Shown here: piece by piece, positions 1-12,727 of the stretch
How positions within the stretch are numbered: position 1 is the first letter of the stretch
How the letters are laid out: each line of letters opens with the position of its first letter
NCBI GenBank assembly: GCA_010909165.1
Contig: MU008218.1
Location: 124,001 to 188,000, forward strand
Source of the DNA: Anthoceros angustus
Taxonomy: Eukaryota; Plantae; Anthocerotophyta
Reading direction: 5' to 3'
Length of the DNA stretch: 64,000 bases
Translations under genes and position numbers: made by a program
Notes under the pieces: generated by a model
Seen by the model: only the letters and a program-made list of their open reading frames with translations
The model's database searches: none
What the model was told of the DNA's origin: nothing

Positions 1-390
1 AACCCAGCCATACTTGGGACTCTAGCGGGCTCCATTTTGGTTCGGAAAGCAGCGCAAGAAGCATTTTCAAAACACAGGCGAGGGATGCTAACCACCGATT
101 TGATAGAGTTTCTCGCTCTCAGGTACGATTCCCTACCAGCCTTGTTCGTTGGGCACTAGACTATTTGTAGGGGACTGAGGGCAAGCCTGCGAAGGTGTTT
201 AAATGCAATCCGCTTACGACGCTGTTTCCTTATTGCTGTAGTATGGATGAACTGTTCCCTGCTACACGCTGAAGCTGCCGACCCCAGCAGAAGGTGTTGT
301 CGAGCACATCGTTGTAGCTCCGTGTTATAACGGCATTGTCAAATTGTTTCTCTGGCAAACTGTTCAAGAGGCCGTCTGTAAGACAGAAAT

Positions 391-2897
391 TCATGCTCTA
401 TCTCCAACGGGTGCATACTCGAAACCTGTTCTCCAGAATCCACCGAAACCGCTTTGTCTAGCTGCTCTGTCGAGCCACAGTTGCTCAACTTCTTGGAAGG
501 ACAGGCCCTTTGTTTCTGGAACAGCAACTAGAACAAACCAGATTGCCAACACTGCCAACATTAGGAAAACGACGAAAGTGGTGGATGTCCCCAGGAGTTC
601 CACCAACGATAAGAAAGTCTGTGCGACCAGAAGGTTTGCCAACCAGTTGGCTGTAGCTGCAATACCGCTGCAGACGCCCCGGAGATGTGCGGGATAAATT
701 TCTGAATTCACAGCCCATGGTACTGGCCCCATGCCCGGGGCAAAAGCTGCTATGTAGAGAGCAAGCCCAGCCAAAGCCAACCACCCATAGCGGCCGGGGC
801 AACCCTGAGTGAACCAAGACCCAGATGCCACTGTCGTGCAAACGTCACCAACTGTGATGTTCTGAACTACACAACTTCCAAGAGTCCCCTGTGTCAAAAC
901 AACAGAGGACACAATCAAACTCACTGAATGCTGACAGGTGACAGCAAATAAAGATAATCTCAGAGGTGTGTACCTGGCTGGTTGAAGGCAAGCAGAATCC
1001 ACAACCTGCTTGAAGACAGGTATAGCATGTAGAAGCAACATCGTGTGACACTGGGCAGAAGTCGGAAGGTTTGAATACTTCAGTGTCCCAGCTGACTAGA
1101 GGAGAGTCCCTTGCTGTTAGGTGGAAAGACAGAGATAATACGGCTAGAGCTATAATCACCCCTGTCAAACTCATAATCGCAAGGTTCCTCCGTCCTTTCC
1201 TGTCTATCAAGATAATGCCTACGATGGTTCCAACAGCATTCAAGCCAGCCACAGCTGAAGATAACAGCACTGCAGTTTGATGTGAGGCGATCCCAGCAAG
1301 TTCCACAATCGAGGGGCTGTAGTACATCACCGTATTTATCCCAACCAGCTGCTGAAAGATCTGAAGACATGAATTAAACCCGTGGTTAGTGGTACAAACG
1401 AAGATTGTAACTGCACGTGATGAATGGACAAAATGAAGTACTGATGAATCTGTTTCTACGTTTGCTGAGTGGTTTGTGAAAGTTTTCTTAACGAGTTAGC
1501 TCGGTACCTGCATGCCAATACCTGCTATAAGCGCCAACCTTAGTTCCTTCTTTTGGAAAAGATCTGTTCTGGTGAAAGGTTTCTGATGAAGATCTTCCTC
1601 TGCTTCAGCGAGAATTACCTCAAGCTCATGTTTTAGCTTGTCTGGGGGGTGGATCTTCCTAACAGTGATGATTGCCTCATCAAACCGTTTCTGCAAGCAA
1701 AAACCACGCTGCCAATCTTAGTGAACAATTACAGACCTAAGTAGCATCTGGTGGATTGCTAGTTGGACACACCTGAGTGAGTAGCCATCGTGGAGATTCT
1801 GGCAGGAAAACAAAAGTAATAGCTTGTAAAACGGCGGGTAATCCTGCTACTCCCAACATCCAGCGCCAGGTGCCTGGAACCTTCACCAATGACGGCTTGA
1901 TATTAGAAAAACTCGTTGGTATAAGTCAAGCATAATGGCCTAGTCATAGGCAGAAGAGTTTTCCAACCCTGGGAAGCGGGGATGCATGATAGAAGCGAGC
2001 ATGCATGATATGTAGAAAGAGCTGAGAGAAGCTCCATACATGAGTGAAGCCATAATTCCCAATGTAGGAAACAAACTGTCCAGTCGTGATCATCAGGACG
2101 TTAACAGTCACTAACGCGCCACGCTGATCCGTGGGTGATGCTTCAGCGATGTACAGAGGAGCCGACATTGATGCTGCACCTATTCCTAATCCCACTATGA
2201 ACCTGCCTAGAAGTAAAATGTAGGAGTTGAAAGCAGCAGCCATAATTGCTGCACCAAGTGCAAAAACAAAATCCGACATAAGAATGGTTGGCTTGCGCCC
2301 GAAATAATCGTTCATACGACCACCCACAAAAGCACCAACTACAGCTCCAGCTATAGCCATGCTCACAATGGTTTCCTGCAGATCACAACGTTTCTTTCAT
2401 CATGATGTAAAACCTGAAGGATCAAACAACCCGACCTCGCCAGACAACTGGCTCACTCCTTGCCTGAAATAGATGCAGCACACCTGTAGGAATGTACTCT
2501 GCCCCACTTCAATGAATTCGTCTTTGATATACAAAAGTGCACCGGAGATGACTCCTGCGTTGTCCAGGAACCAGAAAAGGAGCCATCAAGGACTAATGCA
2601 GACATAACTGGTAACGAACTCCAATCCAATAGGCGGAGGGGAGAGATCGTTGAAGTTGTGTGCGATCCCACCTGTGTCGTAGCCAAACAAGAATCCTCCA
2701 ATTCCAGCTGCAAAAGTAAGCATCAGCACATAGGCCTCGGCACTACGACCAGTTCCGGCCGCACCTTGACTCAGAGCTTCAGCTGCGTCTCTCCATGCAT
2801 TTAGTTCCTCTTCCTCTGTGACACCTGAATTCGAGTCGCCAGCAACCGGTACTGCTCCTTGGGCTTCCGCCAGAAAAATCTCCTTCCCTCTCGCCAT
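391..2897 (-). CDS. INT: Inositol/polyol transporter (MFS sugar porter, INT family), 7 exons
   Basis: Exons joined at GT-AG sites: 2897-2672, 2554-2484, 2375-2040, 1880-1773, 1690-1508, 1360-974, 888-391. Motifs: [70 protein letters not shown]. It also has the Cys-rich loop ([13 protein letters not shown]) characteristic of INT transporters. Confidence 0.88.
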
Positions 2898-3269
2898 GGC
2901 CAGCGTCCGTCCTCACGGTCGGAGTCACATCACCCGGATCCTTCCTTACGTTCGCAGCGACAAACGCCGGATACCCACCAACAGACCTGTGCTCCCGCGC
3001 TGGCGAGGGGCTGGGTTTCGACCCGCGAAATTGGTCAGGATAGCAACCCGTGGAATTTGCTGACCTACTGACGTGGTCTCGGCTGCAATTGTGCAACGCA
3101 GCGAGTGTGAGAAGACAGCAGAGCTGTGAAATAGAACTGTGCCCAGTAAAAGGACGCGTATATAAAAATGTTCCGGACCGCCGAAGAAAAGCCGAGAAGG
3201 AGCTCAATCGAGGCTGCATCGGCAAGGGATGTAAGTACATTCGGTTGAGGTGAAGAGGGTAAGGTGACA

Positions 3270-4452
3270 TCACACAGAGGGACCGGCGCTCTGTGCTGTT
3301 TGCTCAACTCTCTTCAGAGGAGAAGGCAGACGTCCAGTAGCGTCGACTTTGGGTACAATCTTCAAAGGGGGACGCGCAGGCTGTGGAAGCAGCCTGCCTT
3401 TCTTCTCGAACCAGGTGGGGTCTAGGAGAGCCTTCAGACCGAGATCATTGTAATGCACTCTGGTGACGGTACCTCCTGCTGCTTCCACTGCAGCCTTAGC
3501 TCGCTCAGAAACTCGGCTGACCTGAGATTTTTCACCTGGTTAGAGTGAAAATCCACCTTCGCCAACGGGGCATCAGTGTAGGGAATTCGCAACCATGAGC
3601 ATACCTCAAAATTGATGGGAAAGTTAAAATGCTGTGATCCCTTCCCGAGTAACTTCACACCATCCTTGATCTTCTTTCCTAGAGCACCAGCTTCCTGTGG
3701 AGAGTACGGTCAGTGAATACAAAGCTAAGACAGCAGCAAAGATGCATTTCAAGGACGAGTAACCGTCTTCAGCACCTTCAACGTTTTCATGGTCACCAGC
3801 TCCGAGGGATTGAGGCGACCTTTCTTCACAAGGTCTGTAATGGTCTCCAAGTTCACTGGCTGTGCTGCACCAGAGCACCATAACCACACTTGTTCTCAGA
3901 TCAAAAGCGCAACCCTAATCCTCCTCAACTAGCCCATTGCTACACAGCAGCTGCTCCGACCAAAAACAGCACAAACAAGATGCCCATGCCAAGCCGAGGC
4001 ATGCCATGCCATTCCATGCAAGCTCTCTTCCACCCTAACCCTAACCGGAGAGCTGTGCATGCCTTGAAGGACTGCCCGAAATGGTTGTTGAATCCACGCT
4101 TGGGAATGCGAAGACGGAGAGGCGTCTGGCCACCCTCGAACCCTATCCTGGGGTTCCGCCCGCTGCGTGCCTTCTGCCCCTTGTGCCCCCTCCCCGCAGT
4201 TTTCCCTTTCCCAGACCCGATACCACGCCCCAGCCGCGTCTTGGGCTGCCTGGCCCCCTCATTGTCCCGCAGCGCATTGAGCGGCAGCAAGCCCTCGGCA
4301 GGAATGGTTTGCCCCTCCTTCAGCTTCACCAGCCTGTAAGCCCGACACCCCGCGCCGCTCCGTCCAGCAAACGCCGCTGCCGGATCTCCCACCACCGCAT
4401 TCCGCGCAATCAAGCCCTGCACAAGCAGCCTCCCGATCCCCCGCCTCCTCAT
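3270..4452 (-). CDS. RPL15: Organellar (probably mitochondrial) ribosomal protein uL15, 4 exons
   Basis: [24 protein letters not shown] and GFEGGQTPL motifs; C-terminus [16 protein letters not shown]; Arg-rich N-terminal presequence. Exons 4452-4063, 3859-3776, 3694-3605, 3521-3270. The first intron is GC-AG. Confidence 0.9.
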
Positions 4453-4994
4453 TCTTCCCCGCACTTCAAGCTCAAGCAATAGCCCACAACAACCTCATCC
4501 TCCTCGGCCTCCACACGCCGATCACGCATCCATCCACGGACTGCTCGGCTGGAAGCATAGGCAGTCCCCGCCGCTGCTGTGAAACGAAACAAGATCCCGC
4601 CCACAAAATGCCCGTTTCACACAAGCACCACATGCAAGCAATGCATACGTGTATATATATGTACTCCCAAAGAGAGATGGGAAGTCCCATCTCCACACCG
4701 GGCGCTGGGAACAACCCTCTAGAGACCATCATACATAAATTACAATATACGAAATAGTTTTTATTAAGGAAAGAGGAGATGGGTCTATTAAAGGATATTG
4801 AAGGGAGATCTCAAGGGTCACAACTAAGTTTTTTTAATCTAAAGTCACCTATATTATCTATATAACTCAAAAGATTGAATGGTCTATATATTATTCAACA
4901 TGCATATATATGTATATATACATATGCACACTATACACCTCCTTTATGCAGGTCATGCCATTCATAGACATAGTGTGTTGCATGTTCGAAATAC

Positions 4995-5535
4995 AAGTCT
5001 TACTACCTACTTTAGAAAGATCACTCCTACATGCCATGACAATTCCCAGAACAAAGTCTTACTAGCTACTTCAGCATACTTCCGACAACGGGTTTCAATT
5101 GCACTTCAACGGGCGCTCTCAACGGCGATCCTCCACAAGGCGGCGACAATAGGTGACGCATCTTTCTTTAACCTCCGTGGTTTGCAGGCCATTTATTCTT
5201 CCTGCATATGACATTGTGGGTGCAATAGGTGACTTTAGGTAGGGAGCTTAGTTGCTCTTCTCCACCTCGACCCCCCCTGGTCCCCTTTGGTTGTCCCTAG
5301 GTAGGGAGCTTAGTTGCTCCTCTTCACCTTAACCCCCTGGTCCCCTTTGGTTGTCCCCTCTTAGATGGGCTTTTCCCATCGGTTTTTCACCTCAATAAAA
5401 ACCTTTTTTTTTTTCTTCAGAAATATCACTCCTACATGCCATGACAATTCCCAGAACAAGAGCAGAGACAATTACTACCTACTTCAAAAATATCACTCCT
5501 ACATGTCATGATATGCCCTTCCCAGAACAAGACAC
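4995..5535. repeat. Degenerate ~60 bp tandem repeat interrupted by a retroelement fragment
   Basis: ATCACTCCTACATG(C/T)CATGA..TTCCCAGAACAA recurs at ~5020, ~5424 and ~5491. Confidence 0.7.
5075..5414 (+). mobile_element. 5'-truncated CRE-like (RLE-type) non-LTR retrotransposon, 3' end
   Basis: Encodes FRQRVSIALQRALSTAIL, homologous to 20690-20760. The 3' UTR is shared with 20860-20952, contains AATAAA, and has a 62 bp internal tandem duplication at 5236-5358. CTTCAG lies on both sides (5069-5074, 5415-5420). Confidence 0.6.
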
Positions 5536-6390
5536 ACCCTTCCTAGAACAAGAGCGGAGACGAGCTCTTGTGTTCCTTGAAATAGAAGGATCCAAAAGGA
5601 TGGACCGAAAGCCTGGTCGAGTTATTTGTCAAGCAAGGATGCCTACAACTCCTGAAACCATCGTTGAGGAAGGTCATGATAATAAGAGTGCTGCCTTGCT
5701 TTCGTTGATAACATGTCTCTAGGTTGTCTCAGGGACACTTGAAGAGGAACCCTAGTACAAAGTCCTCCAAAAAGAGTTCATCGTGAAGCAAGAAACGTGA
5801 GGCTAGAACAAAGCTCAGCTGCCCAAAAACACCGCTGGTGAGGATTCCTCCATGGAAACCAAACCTGTCCCGCCATAAGCTATTGGCAAGGATGTTTACC
5901 GACATGCAACATTGTCTGCTGGACACTCAAAAGCCCCTGGGTCTAGAATGTGACACCCATGATCTTCTTGTCAAACTCCTTTAGATGCGAGAGAAGAATT
6001 GTAGGTCCTCCAGCAAAGGAAGGTTTTTGATGTGGGAAAGGTTATCTGCCAAGGCCCGGTCTAGGTCTAAAAAGCTCTGGACAAAGTAGAGATCACCAAA
6101 AGGGATACCAAAAATCTCTAACCCTGGAGGAGAAGTAATAGACTCAGCACTTGGAGAGCTTGCCCTAAAAATCTTAGCATCACAGATTATGTAAGAAGAA
6201 CTTAAAGGCCTCCTCTTGACCTTGTCCCTTGGCCCTGTGATGCCAAAATAGTGTGGCAATGAAGAAAAGACATAATCACGTATCGAGGAGGAGTCCTTGA
6301 TAGAGCGGGCCCGATAGTGAGCAAGGGGAGCACCTCTTAAAGGCTCACCTTGCCTCGTTCCGTGGCCGATTCCAAAACTTTAAACACCAC
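5520..6390 (-). mobile_element. CRE-like non-LTR retrotransposon RT/thumb fragment
   Basis: Degenerate RT pieces: GTRQGEPL, EIFGIPFGDLYFVQSFL...LPLLEDLQ, and RARLRSCSRKG, which matches RIRSRSRKKVGSWL at ~20070-20110. Confidence 0.55.
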
Positions 6391-6915
6391 GTCCCGAGGG
6401 TACCATCCATACATAGATTAACGTAAAGATTTTCGCCAATGCATGAATGTATGGATGTCTAGTGTCTACCTACGCAGCGGCGGTTGGATGGAAATCCATA
6501 TGTTTGGTGTCTCCAATTTTAAAGCGAACGACGAACGTTGACCGAGCCTCAAGGGGCCTGGGGACTCGGAGCTTGCCGGGAAGGGCAGAGCGGTCCCGTG
6601 TGCTCGTCCTTCTGGCTCTACCGCTCTCGATCGGTGCAGTCCGGGCGAGACGATTCAAGGAATCAGAATGTGAGACTCTGGGTTTTGGAATCACAAGTGG
6701 TTTCCTGCTATGCTGGCTGGAGGAAATCGCGAGCTAGCATTGCAGCATTTTCTGAGGCCAGAGATCTGAGGCGAGAGCGGCTGCTGACGGCAGGCGCAAG
6801 GAGATTTCTTGCGGTTTCGGACTTCACAGCTGCGGTTTGTTGCAGCAGGCCCGATCCGACCTGCCGTGGTTGTGTTTTGTGGAATTCTGGTTTTGGAGCT
6901 TGGGAAGGAGGCAGG

Positions 6916-7815
6916 ATGAGGACGGGGAACCGGAGGCACGGCGGGTGGGGGGCACGCTCTCCGTGGACGCTGGTGCTGGTTTTGTTGATGATTTTGTCCT
7001 CGTTTTTGCTCGTGTTGCTAGCGCTGGGGATTGTAGGAGTTCCGTCAGGGTTGGATGGGACCTCGGAAGTTGCCAAGGGGGCAGAGGTGGCTCTGCATCT
7101 GCCTGACGTGGTGAATGCGGTAGCGCATGGGCAGAAGGGTGTGCAGCATGAGGAGCAGGGGCCGAGGAAGAGGTGGACCGAGGTTTTGTCGTGGGAGCCC
7201 AGGGCTTTCCTGTACCACAATTTTCTGACGAAGAAGGAGTGCGAGCATCTGATCGGCTTGGCGGAGCCTAGCATGGTGAAGTCCACAGTGGTGGACAGTT
7301 CCACGGGTCGGAGCAAGGATAGCCGGGTTAGGACCAGCTCGGGGACGTTTTTGAACCGGGGTGAGGATGCTGTGGTTGCAGAGATCGAGCGCAGGATTGC
7401 GGAGTTCACTTTTGTGCCGGTTGAGCACGGGGAAGGGTTGCAGGTGCTGCACTATGAAGTGGGGCAGAAATATGAGGCTCATTTCGACTACTTTCATGAC
7501 ACCGTCAACACCAAGAATGGTGGCCAGAGGATTGCCACGCTGCTCATGTATTTGAGTGATGTGGAGGCTGGAGGGGAGACGGTCTTCCCTGCAGCCAAGA
7601 CGAATAATACCCTAGAAGGGTATGAGATGTCGGAGTGTGGACATTCGGGGCTCGCTGTGCGGCCTGTCATGGGTGATGCACTTCTCTTTTGGAGCATGAC
7701 GCCTGAAGCTCAGCTAGATCCTACCAGCTTACATGGGGGATGTCCAGTTATCAGAGGCAACAAATGGTCGGCGACAAAGTGGATGCATCTTCATCACTAT
7801 GCTGTGCATAATTAA
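6916..7815 (+). CDS. P4H: Prolyl 4-hydroxylase (2OG-Fe dioxygenase), intronless, N-terminal TM anchor
   Basis: Uninterrupted ORF with LSWEPRAFLYHNFL, SRVRTSSGTF, HYEVGQKYEAHFDYF (HxD), RIATLLMYLSDVEAGGETVFP and SLHGGCPVIRGNKWSATKW. Probable ATG at 6916, just before the hydrophobic anchor. Confidence 0.92.
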   Translation: MRTGNRRHGGWGARSPWTLVLVLLMILSSFLLVLLALGIVGVPSGLDGTSEVAKGAEVALHLPDVVNAVAHGQKGVQHEEQGPRKRWTEVLSWEPRAFLYHNFLTKKECEHLIGLAEPSMVKSTVVDSSTGRSKDSRVRTSSGTFLNRGEDAVVAEIERRIAEFTFVPVEHGEGLQVLHYEVGQKYEAHFDYFHDTVNTKNGGQRIATLLMYLSDVEAGGETVFPAAKTNNTLEGYEMSECGHSGLAVRPVMGDALLFWSMTPEAQLDPTSLHGGCPVIRGNKWSATKWMHLHHYAVHN

Positions 7816-8160
7816 GTTTATGGTTGTATCTCTTAGCCGTGGCATTCATAACGGGGCACAACAGTATTTATGTGTCGGAGACCCAGGCCGGATACAACTT
7901 GTAGTTGCTCCGGAAGATAAAGGAGGTTGGAGAGGAGCGGTTGAAGGATGCTAGCACGAGAGATGCTGGCGGGAATTAGGAGCTAGTGAGGAATCTCTCT
8001 GGATGTCAGCTGTGTGCGATGCGAATTTCAAGGGATCGGAAGCACATTCTTCCAAGCAATCCCATGTCAGAAACCCCTGGTCACCCTGTTCCCAATAGCT
8101 TTGACTCTGAATTCTTATTGCTTGGGTATGGTGTGAACTCACACTTTGAATAGCTGCTAG

Positions 8161-11100
8161 CTACAAAAACTGCAGTAACCAGCTATTATCCTTGGCATCC
8201 TCATCCAAAGCCGCCTTCAGTTTTGCTACCTCTTGCACTGCCTTCTCGGGATCCATTTTGTCGAGAGGTAAAGCAGTGAAGTCTTGTAAAAATTTTCTGG
8301 CCCTTTGGGAGCCTAGTGCAATTTCATCAGGACTGCAGATACGCTTGCGCTTTGACCCAGCCTGTTAACAAGTTGAACAGACGTGATTCGTCAGTACGTT
8401 GCACTTTTGTCCACCCTTCATGAAAGCTGGATGTCGTCTTACCCCAACTACCATCTCATCATCCTTAGCTTGTGCAGGATGATCTCGGGAAAAATTTTCA
8501 AGCTCAGCAGCTTTTGCTCTAGCAACAGCCAGCACTGACTCTGGAAAATGAGCGTACTCAGCAACATGTATACCAAAACTTCGGTCGCAAGCCCCTTCCT
8601 CCACCTGCCCACGAGAGACAACCAACATGTAACTACCAGGCAGTCCTTGCACACGTTTGAATTTGTCTGCCAAAATCAAACAGATATTACCTTATACAAC
8701 ATGACTAACTTCCCAGATTTTTCGTCTATCTCAGCTGTGACATGGTAGTTAGCCACACCTGAAGGTTGACTTAGAAATTGTTCTTCTGGATCGGCCATCG
8801 CAGTCAGTTCATGGAAATGAGTTGCGAACAAAGTGGGTGCTCGAGTCACCTCCACTATGTATTCACAAATAGCCCTCGCTAACCCTGTGGGTACACTCAT
8901 CCATTAAATTAGTGGAACAGAAACTTGAGCCAGGAAAAAATTCGCTGAACGCATTCAAATAAAATCAGTCAACCTGATCAAGGACTTACCATATCCATCG
9001 TACGTGGAAGTACCCCGACCAAGCTCATCAATAATGATTAAGGATCTGTCAGTAGCTGTTTTCAAAATTGCAGCTGTCTCCAGCATTTCTGCCATGAAGG
9101 TCGAAACTCCCCTCAGCTGCATCATCGACAGGAGCATATATAAGGAACTCCTGCACTTCGGCAGAAGCCACTAAATCACGGAGAAGAAGATATTGCAGCA
9201 CTCCTTAATCAAGGACAGACATTCGAATCTAGGATCATGGGTGCACCTGACAGTCCCCTGCTCCAACTCGAGCAAAGACACAATCACGGATGCTAATATC
9301 CGCACTTTCACAGGGCACAAAGCAGCCAACCTGAGCCAGTAAAACATTTACTCCTACCTGAAACACAAGACCAACTGTCGGGTCAGAAGATTGACCGCTT
9401 TACACAACGTGACATTGCTGTTACAATCAGAACCCAGTAATCTCACCTGACGAATGAATGTGGATTTACCGCCCATATTAGGACCTGTAATAATCTGAAA
9501 CCAGCTCTTGCCCCTGACCTGTAGAATGGGTGCTAACAAACATAAATACCAGCACAAATGATGGAGCTAGAACCGATTACCATACAGGAATTGGAGAGAA
9601 AGGAATGTACCAAACAACAATCATTGGGAATGAAGTTCACAGTTTCCTGTGCTTCAACACAGGGATGGCGGCTACCTCTCAAAACAATATCTCCTTCAGT
9701 CTGCAACATTCCGGAAAGGGTTAGCAGATGCTTCACAGAGAATGAGCAAAATTACAATGTGCAGTTTCACAATTACCCCCAAAGTCATGGATGGTCGAGT
9801 ATATGGAGTCGGACTGGAAACGGCAAGGTCAGCAAAGCTCAAGAGGACATCCATGTCGGCTAAAAGCGATGCTACACCCTCAAATACCTGCACGCTTGAG
9901 TGTGTTAATGGAAGTGGCTATACTAAAAAACAATTCCATCACCTCGATCTACCCACAGCTCTCGGTCGAAGTGAGCAAGGAAAAACAAAAACTGGTATGG
10001 ACATATTATCAAATGCACCATAGGATGTTATACCCTAAGCAAACTGACCACAACTCTTAAGCATTTGAAACAGCCAACACGCTTGCCTTGCCATCCATCA
10101 CAGTAGGAATGCACTCAGTACACTCACTTCCACAAAAGTAGCTGCCACTTCGACCACCTTGTTTACAAGCTCTCGCTGGCGACTTGCATACTCCTCAGTC
10201 ATTTGCGTGAACTGCTCACTTAGCCGTCTCAACTTTGAGCTTGTGAACTTTATACCATCCTTTCGTGTTTCCAGGGTAATATACTGAGAGCTAAGCTTTT
10301 TGCGCACTTTCACCTCCTCCTTCTTGGTTATTCTGAAGACATAACCCCACTGAGAAGTTTTGTCCAATTTCAGAGTCTTTTCTGCTGAAAGATCCAGATC
10401 ATCGGCTGCTTGTTTGTGCACTGCCTGGATCTGACTTTCCACCTTGTCTCTGGCTGCCTTCAAGTCCTGCAAACTGCTGTCATATCCTGGAGCTATCATG
10501 TATTCACCCATTTCAAGTTGCTCCAAGTCAACAGCTGCCTCAACAAGGCCATCATACTTCCCAAGATGGTCAGGAGCAGTCCACACTTCCAGGGCTTCTG
10601 TGTAGCGCTTCTGCAAGTGTGACTGAAATTCACCTTCGTAGTGGCTGAGGACGTCCTTGATGAATGGCAACCTCATGCTTGCCTGTCCAAATGAAACACA
10701 GAGATGACCCTTTGTGGGGACAACATAAAACACCAATCCCTTTTGAACAAACCTGGCACAAAACTCTGCAAAACAGATGCATCGCAATCCAACAGGAAAA
10801 GCACAACCAGATAGCAGATTCACCTGGTAGAGCTTCACAACATCTTGCAGACTAGCTTTTCGTCTCTCAATTTTCCGTATTAGCCGTTCAATGTCAGGAA
10901 TCCGTTTCAGGTGCTGTCGCAGGTCCTGTCTCAGATCATTAGCCTCCACAAAGGCCTGCACTGTATCCAATCTCGAGAGAATGTCTTCAAGGTTCACTAG
11001 GGGTTGCTTTAACCAGTTCCTCAAGAGGCGCTTCCCCATTCCCAAAGTGCACGTTCGGTTCATCAAACCAAATAAGCTGAAATACTTGTTCACATCTGTC

Positions 11101-12471
11101 TTGCTCTCAAACACATTCAGTGCTCGCAAAGCAGCAGCATCTAGACGCATGTAAGTGTTGAGGCTGTATTGCTGGAAGACATACTTTCCATGATTGCTGT
11201 CATCAGAAAGTAGCTCCATGTATGCAATCAGCGCAGCAAGCGCTGTGCGTGCACCCACAGAACTATCCGCAATGTCTTTCCGCTGCTCCACAGGACCTTT
11301 TACTAGGCGGGTGAGATCCTGCTCCAAATCTTTGGCCTTGAACTGATTTCGCTTCCTTTCTGTCAGCAGTACGTTGCAACGTACTACAAGATCCTCCAGC
11401 TTCTTGCCTGCTAAATAATTATTATTATCCTGGAGGGCTACACATTCTCTGCAGCCTAATCCCACCATGGCTGACTCTAGGTTTGTGAATTGATCATCGT
11501 CAATGAACTCAGTCATACCTAGAGTCCTTTTCGTGGTGTCAACATATGCTATACCAATTGAACGCTCATTGTCCAGGATGGTTGCACATACAGCCATGAC
11601 AACAGGCGAATCTTGCATTTCATTGGTTGCAAAGAGAATATCCTCAAAGCTTCCCAGCTTTCCTGGGGTTCCTGATTTGACTAGTTTCCAATTTGATCCG
11701 CTTCCTTCATAGAGCTCTACAGTGTGGTCAATCCTCTCCAACAGCAAATCACGGACAATAGTCTCAAGCATGGTTCTGCTGATGCTTATGCATTGTAGAC
11801 TGTCTGAGCCACTTCCGAGCCGACGAAGAGCTGACATAGTCTTATAGTATTCATTCGCAATGAAAACAGCTTCGTCCCCATGAGCTGTATAGTAATCCTA
11901 GAAAACGTCCAACAGGCGTGCAAAATGATGAGGAAGCAGGTGTCTGGTGTAGTACCAGCAGACACATGAAAAGCTAAAGGAAAGGCAACAGACGAACTGA
12001 ACAAAAGCTAAGGGAAAGAACAGCTTATCGCTGCTCGAGCATTTGCCAGTTTAGGGGCCAAATGCAGTACCATACCTTGCGATCGAAGAATCGAATGACT
12101 AGAGAATCCTGGAACAACGAATGCAATAACATGCTCCCATAAGTGGCAGTCATAACTGCCTAGCAAAGGAAGGAAGTTTTCCGAAGCCAGAAATTCAAGG
12201 CTTACCTCTGGAAGCTTTCGGAAAAACCCTATGAATCCTTGAGCTTGCTTGGCATCTGAGCACGCGTCAAAGGTAGCTATTAACAAACACAAAATCCAAA
12301 TAGACTGCAGGAACCTTTTCCCCACAGGACCAGATGTTCTGGTCAGCGTGAATTACATTCTTCTGCGAACAGGGCCAGAATCTAGCTCACAATTTCAACA
12401 GCATGCCCATACACAAAGTAGTTTTCACCTAATTTCAGTTCAGGCAACTTTGCTGGCTCATCGGATTCCAT
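8161..12471 (-). CDS. MSH2: DNA mismatch repair protein MSH2, ~13 exons
   Basis: N-terminus [35 protein letters not shown]; Walker [15 protein letters not shown]; [11 protein letters not shown]; [11 protein letters not shown]; SFGIHVAE. Exons join at GT-AG sites; stop at 8161-8163. Confidence 0.95.
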
Positions 12472-12715
12472 CTTCTGAAAGTTTATGCCAAACAGAATGC
12501 GTTTGTGCAGAGGCCAGATTCGAGTACTTGTCCTTCGTTTGCAAACTGTCCAGTTTCTCAGCGAAGGACGTTCTGCACAAGTCGGCGGATTTGTATTGGA
12601 AGTCTGCACTGGAGATAGTGTTGTCACATTGTAGCTTCCTCTAAGGAATTCGGACTTCCCAAAATTCCCAGCTCGCAACATGCAGAGTGCGTCCTCCAGC
12701 AAGGAGTGATCGAGC

Positions 12716-12727
12716 TTTGGCGCCAAA
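12716..12727. promoter_or_regulatory. Palindromic E2F/DP site in the MSH2-ALG8 divergent promoter
   Basis: TTTGGCGCCAAA matches TTTSSCGS on both strands and lies ~245 bp upstream of the MSH2 ATG. Confidence 0.6.

Noticed and set aside
2779-3273. 164-codon ORF starting at a TGATG overlap with the uL15 stop and running into the INT gene
   Set aside because: It is out of frame with INT, has no recognisable homology and crosses probable UTR/promoter DNA. The 372 bp gene gap can hold normal termination and a promoter.
4033-4044. Interstitial telomere
   Set aside because: Only two CCCTAA units are present, which is better read as a telobox-like motif or chance.
6538-6915. N-terminal extension of P4H in the ORF track
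   Set aside because: It begins at a non-ATG codon and is not protein-like. ATG 6916 directly precedes the expected membrane anchor.
6708-7409. Long antisense ORFs over P4H, uL15 and APO
   Set aside because: They are shadow ORFs of GC-rich coding strands with no independent motifs.
8868-8884. MSH2 LARAI instead of conserved LAWAI
   Set aside because: A single-base TGG/AGG difference cannot be separated from sequencing error without reads.
10683-10823. 47-residue insertion in MSH2
   Set aside because: It is a 141 nt stop-free GT-AG intron that the ORF finder read through.
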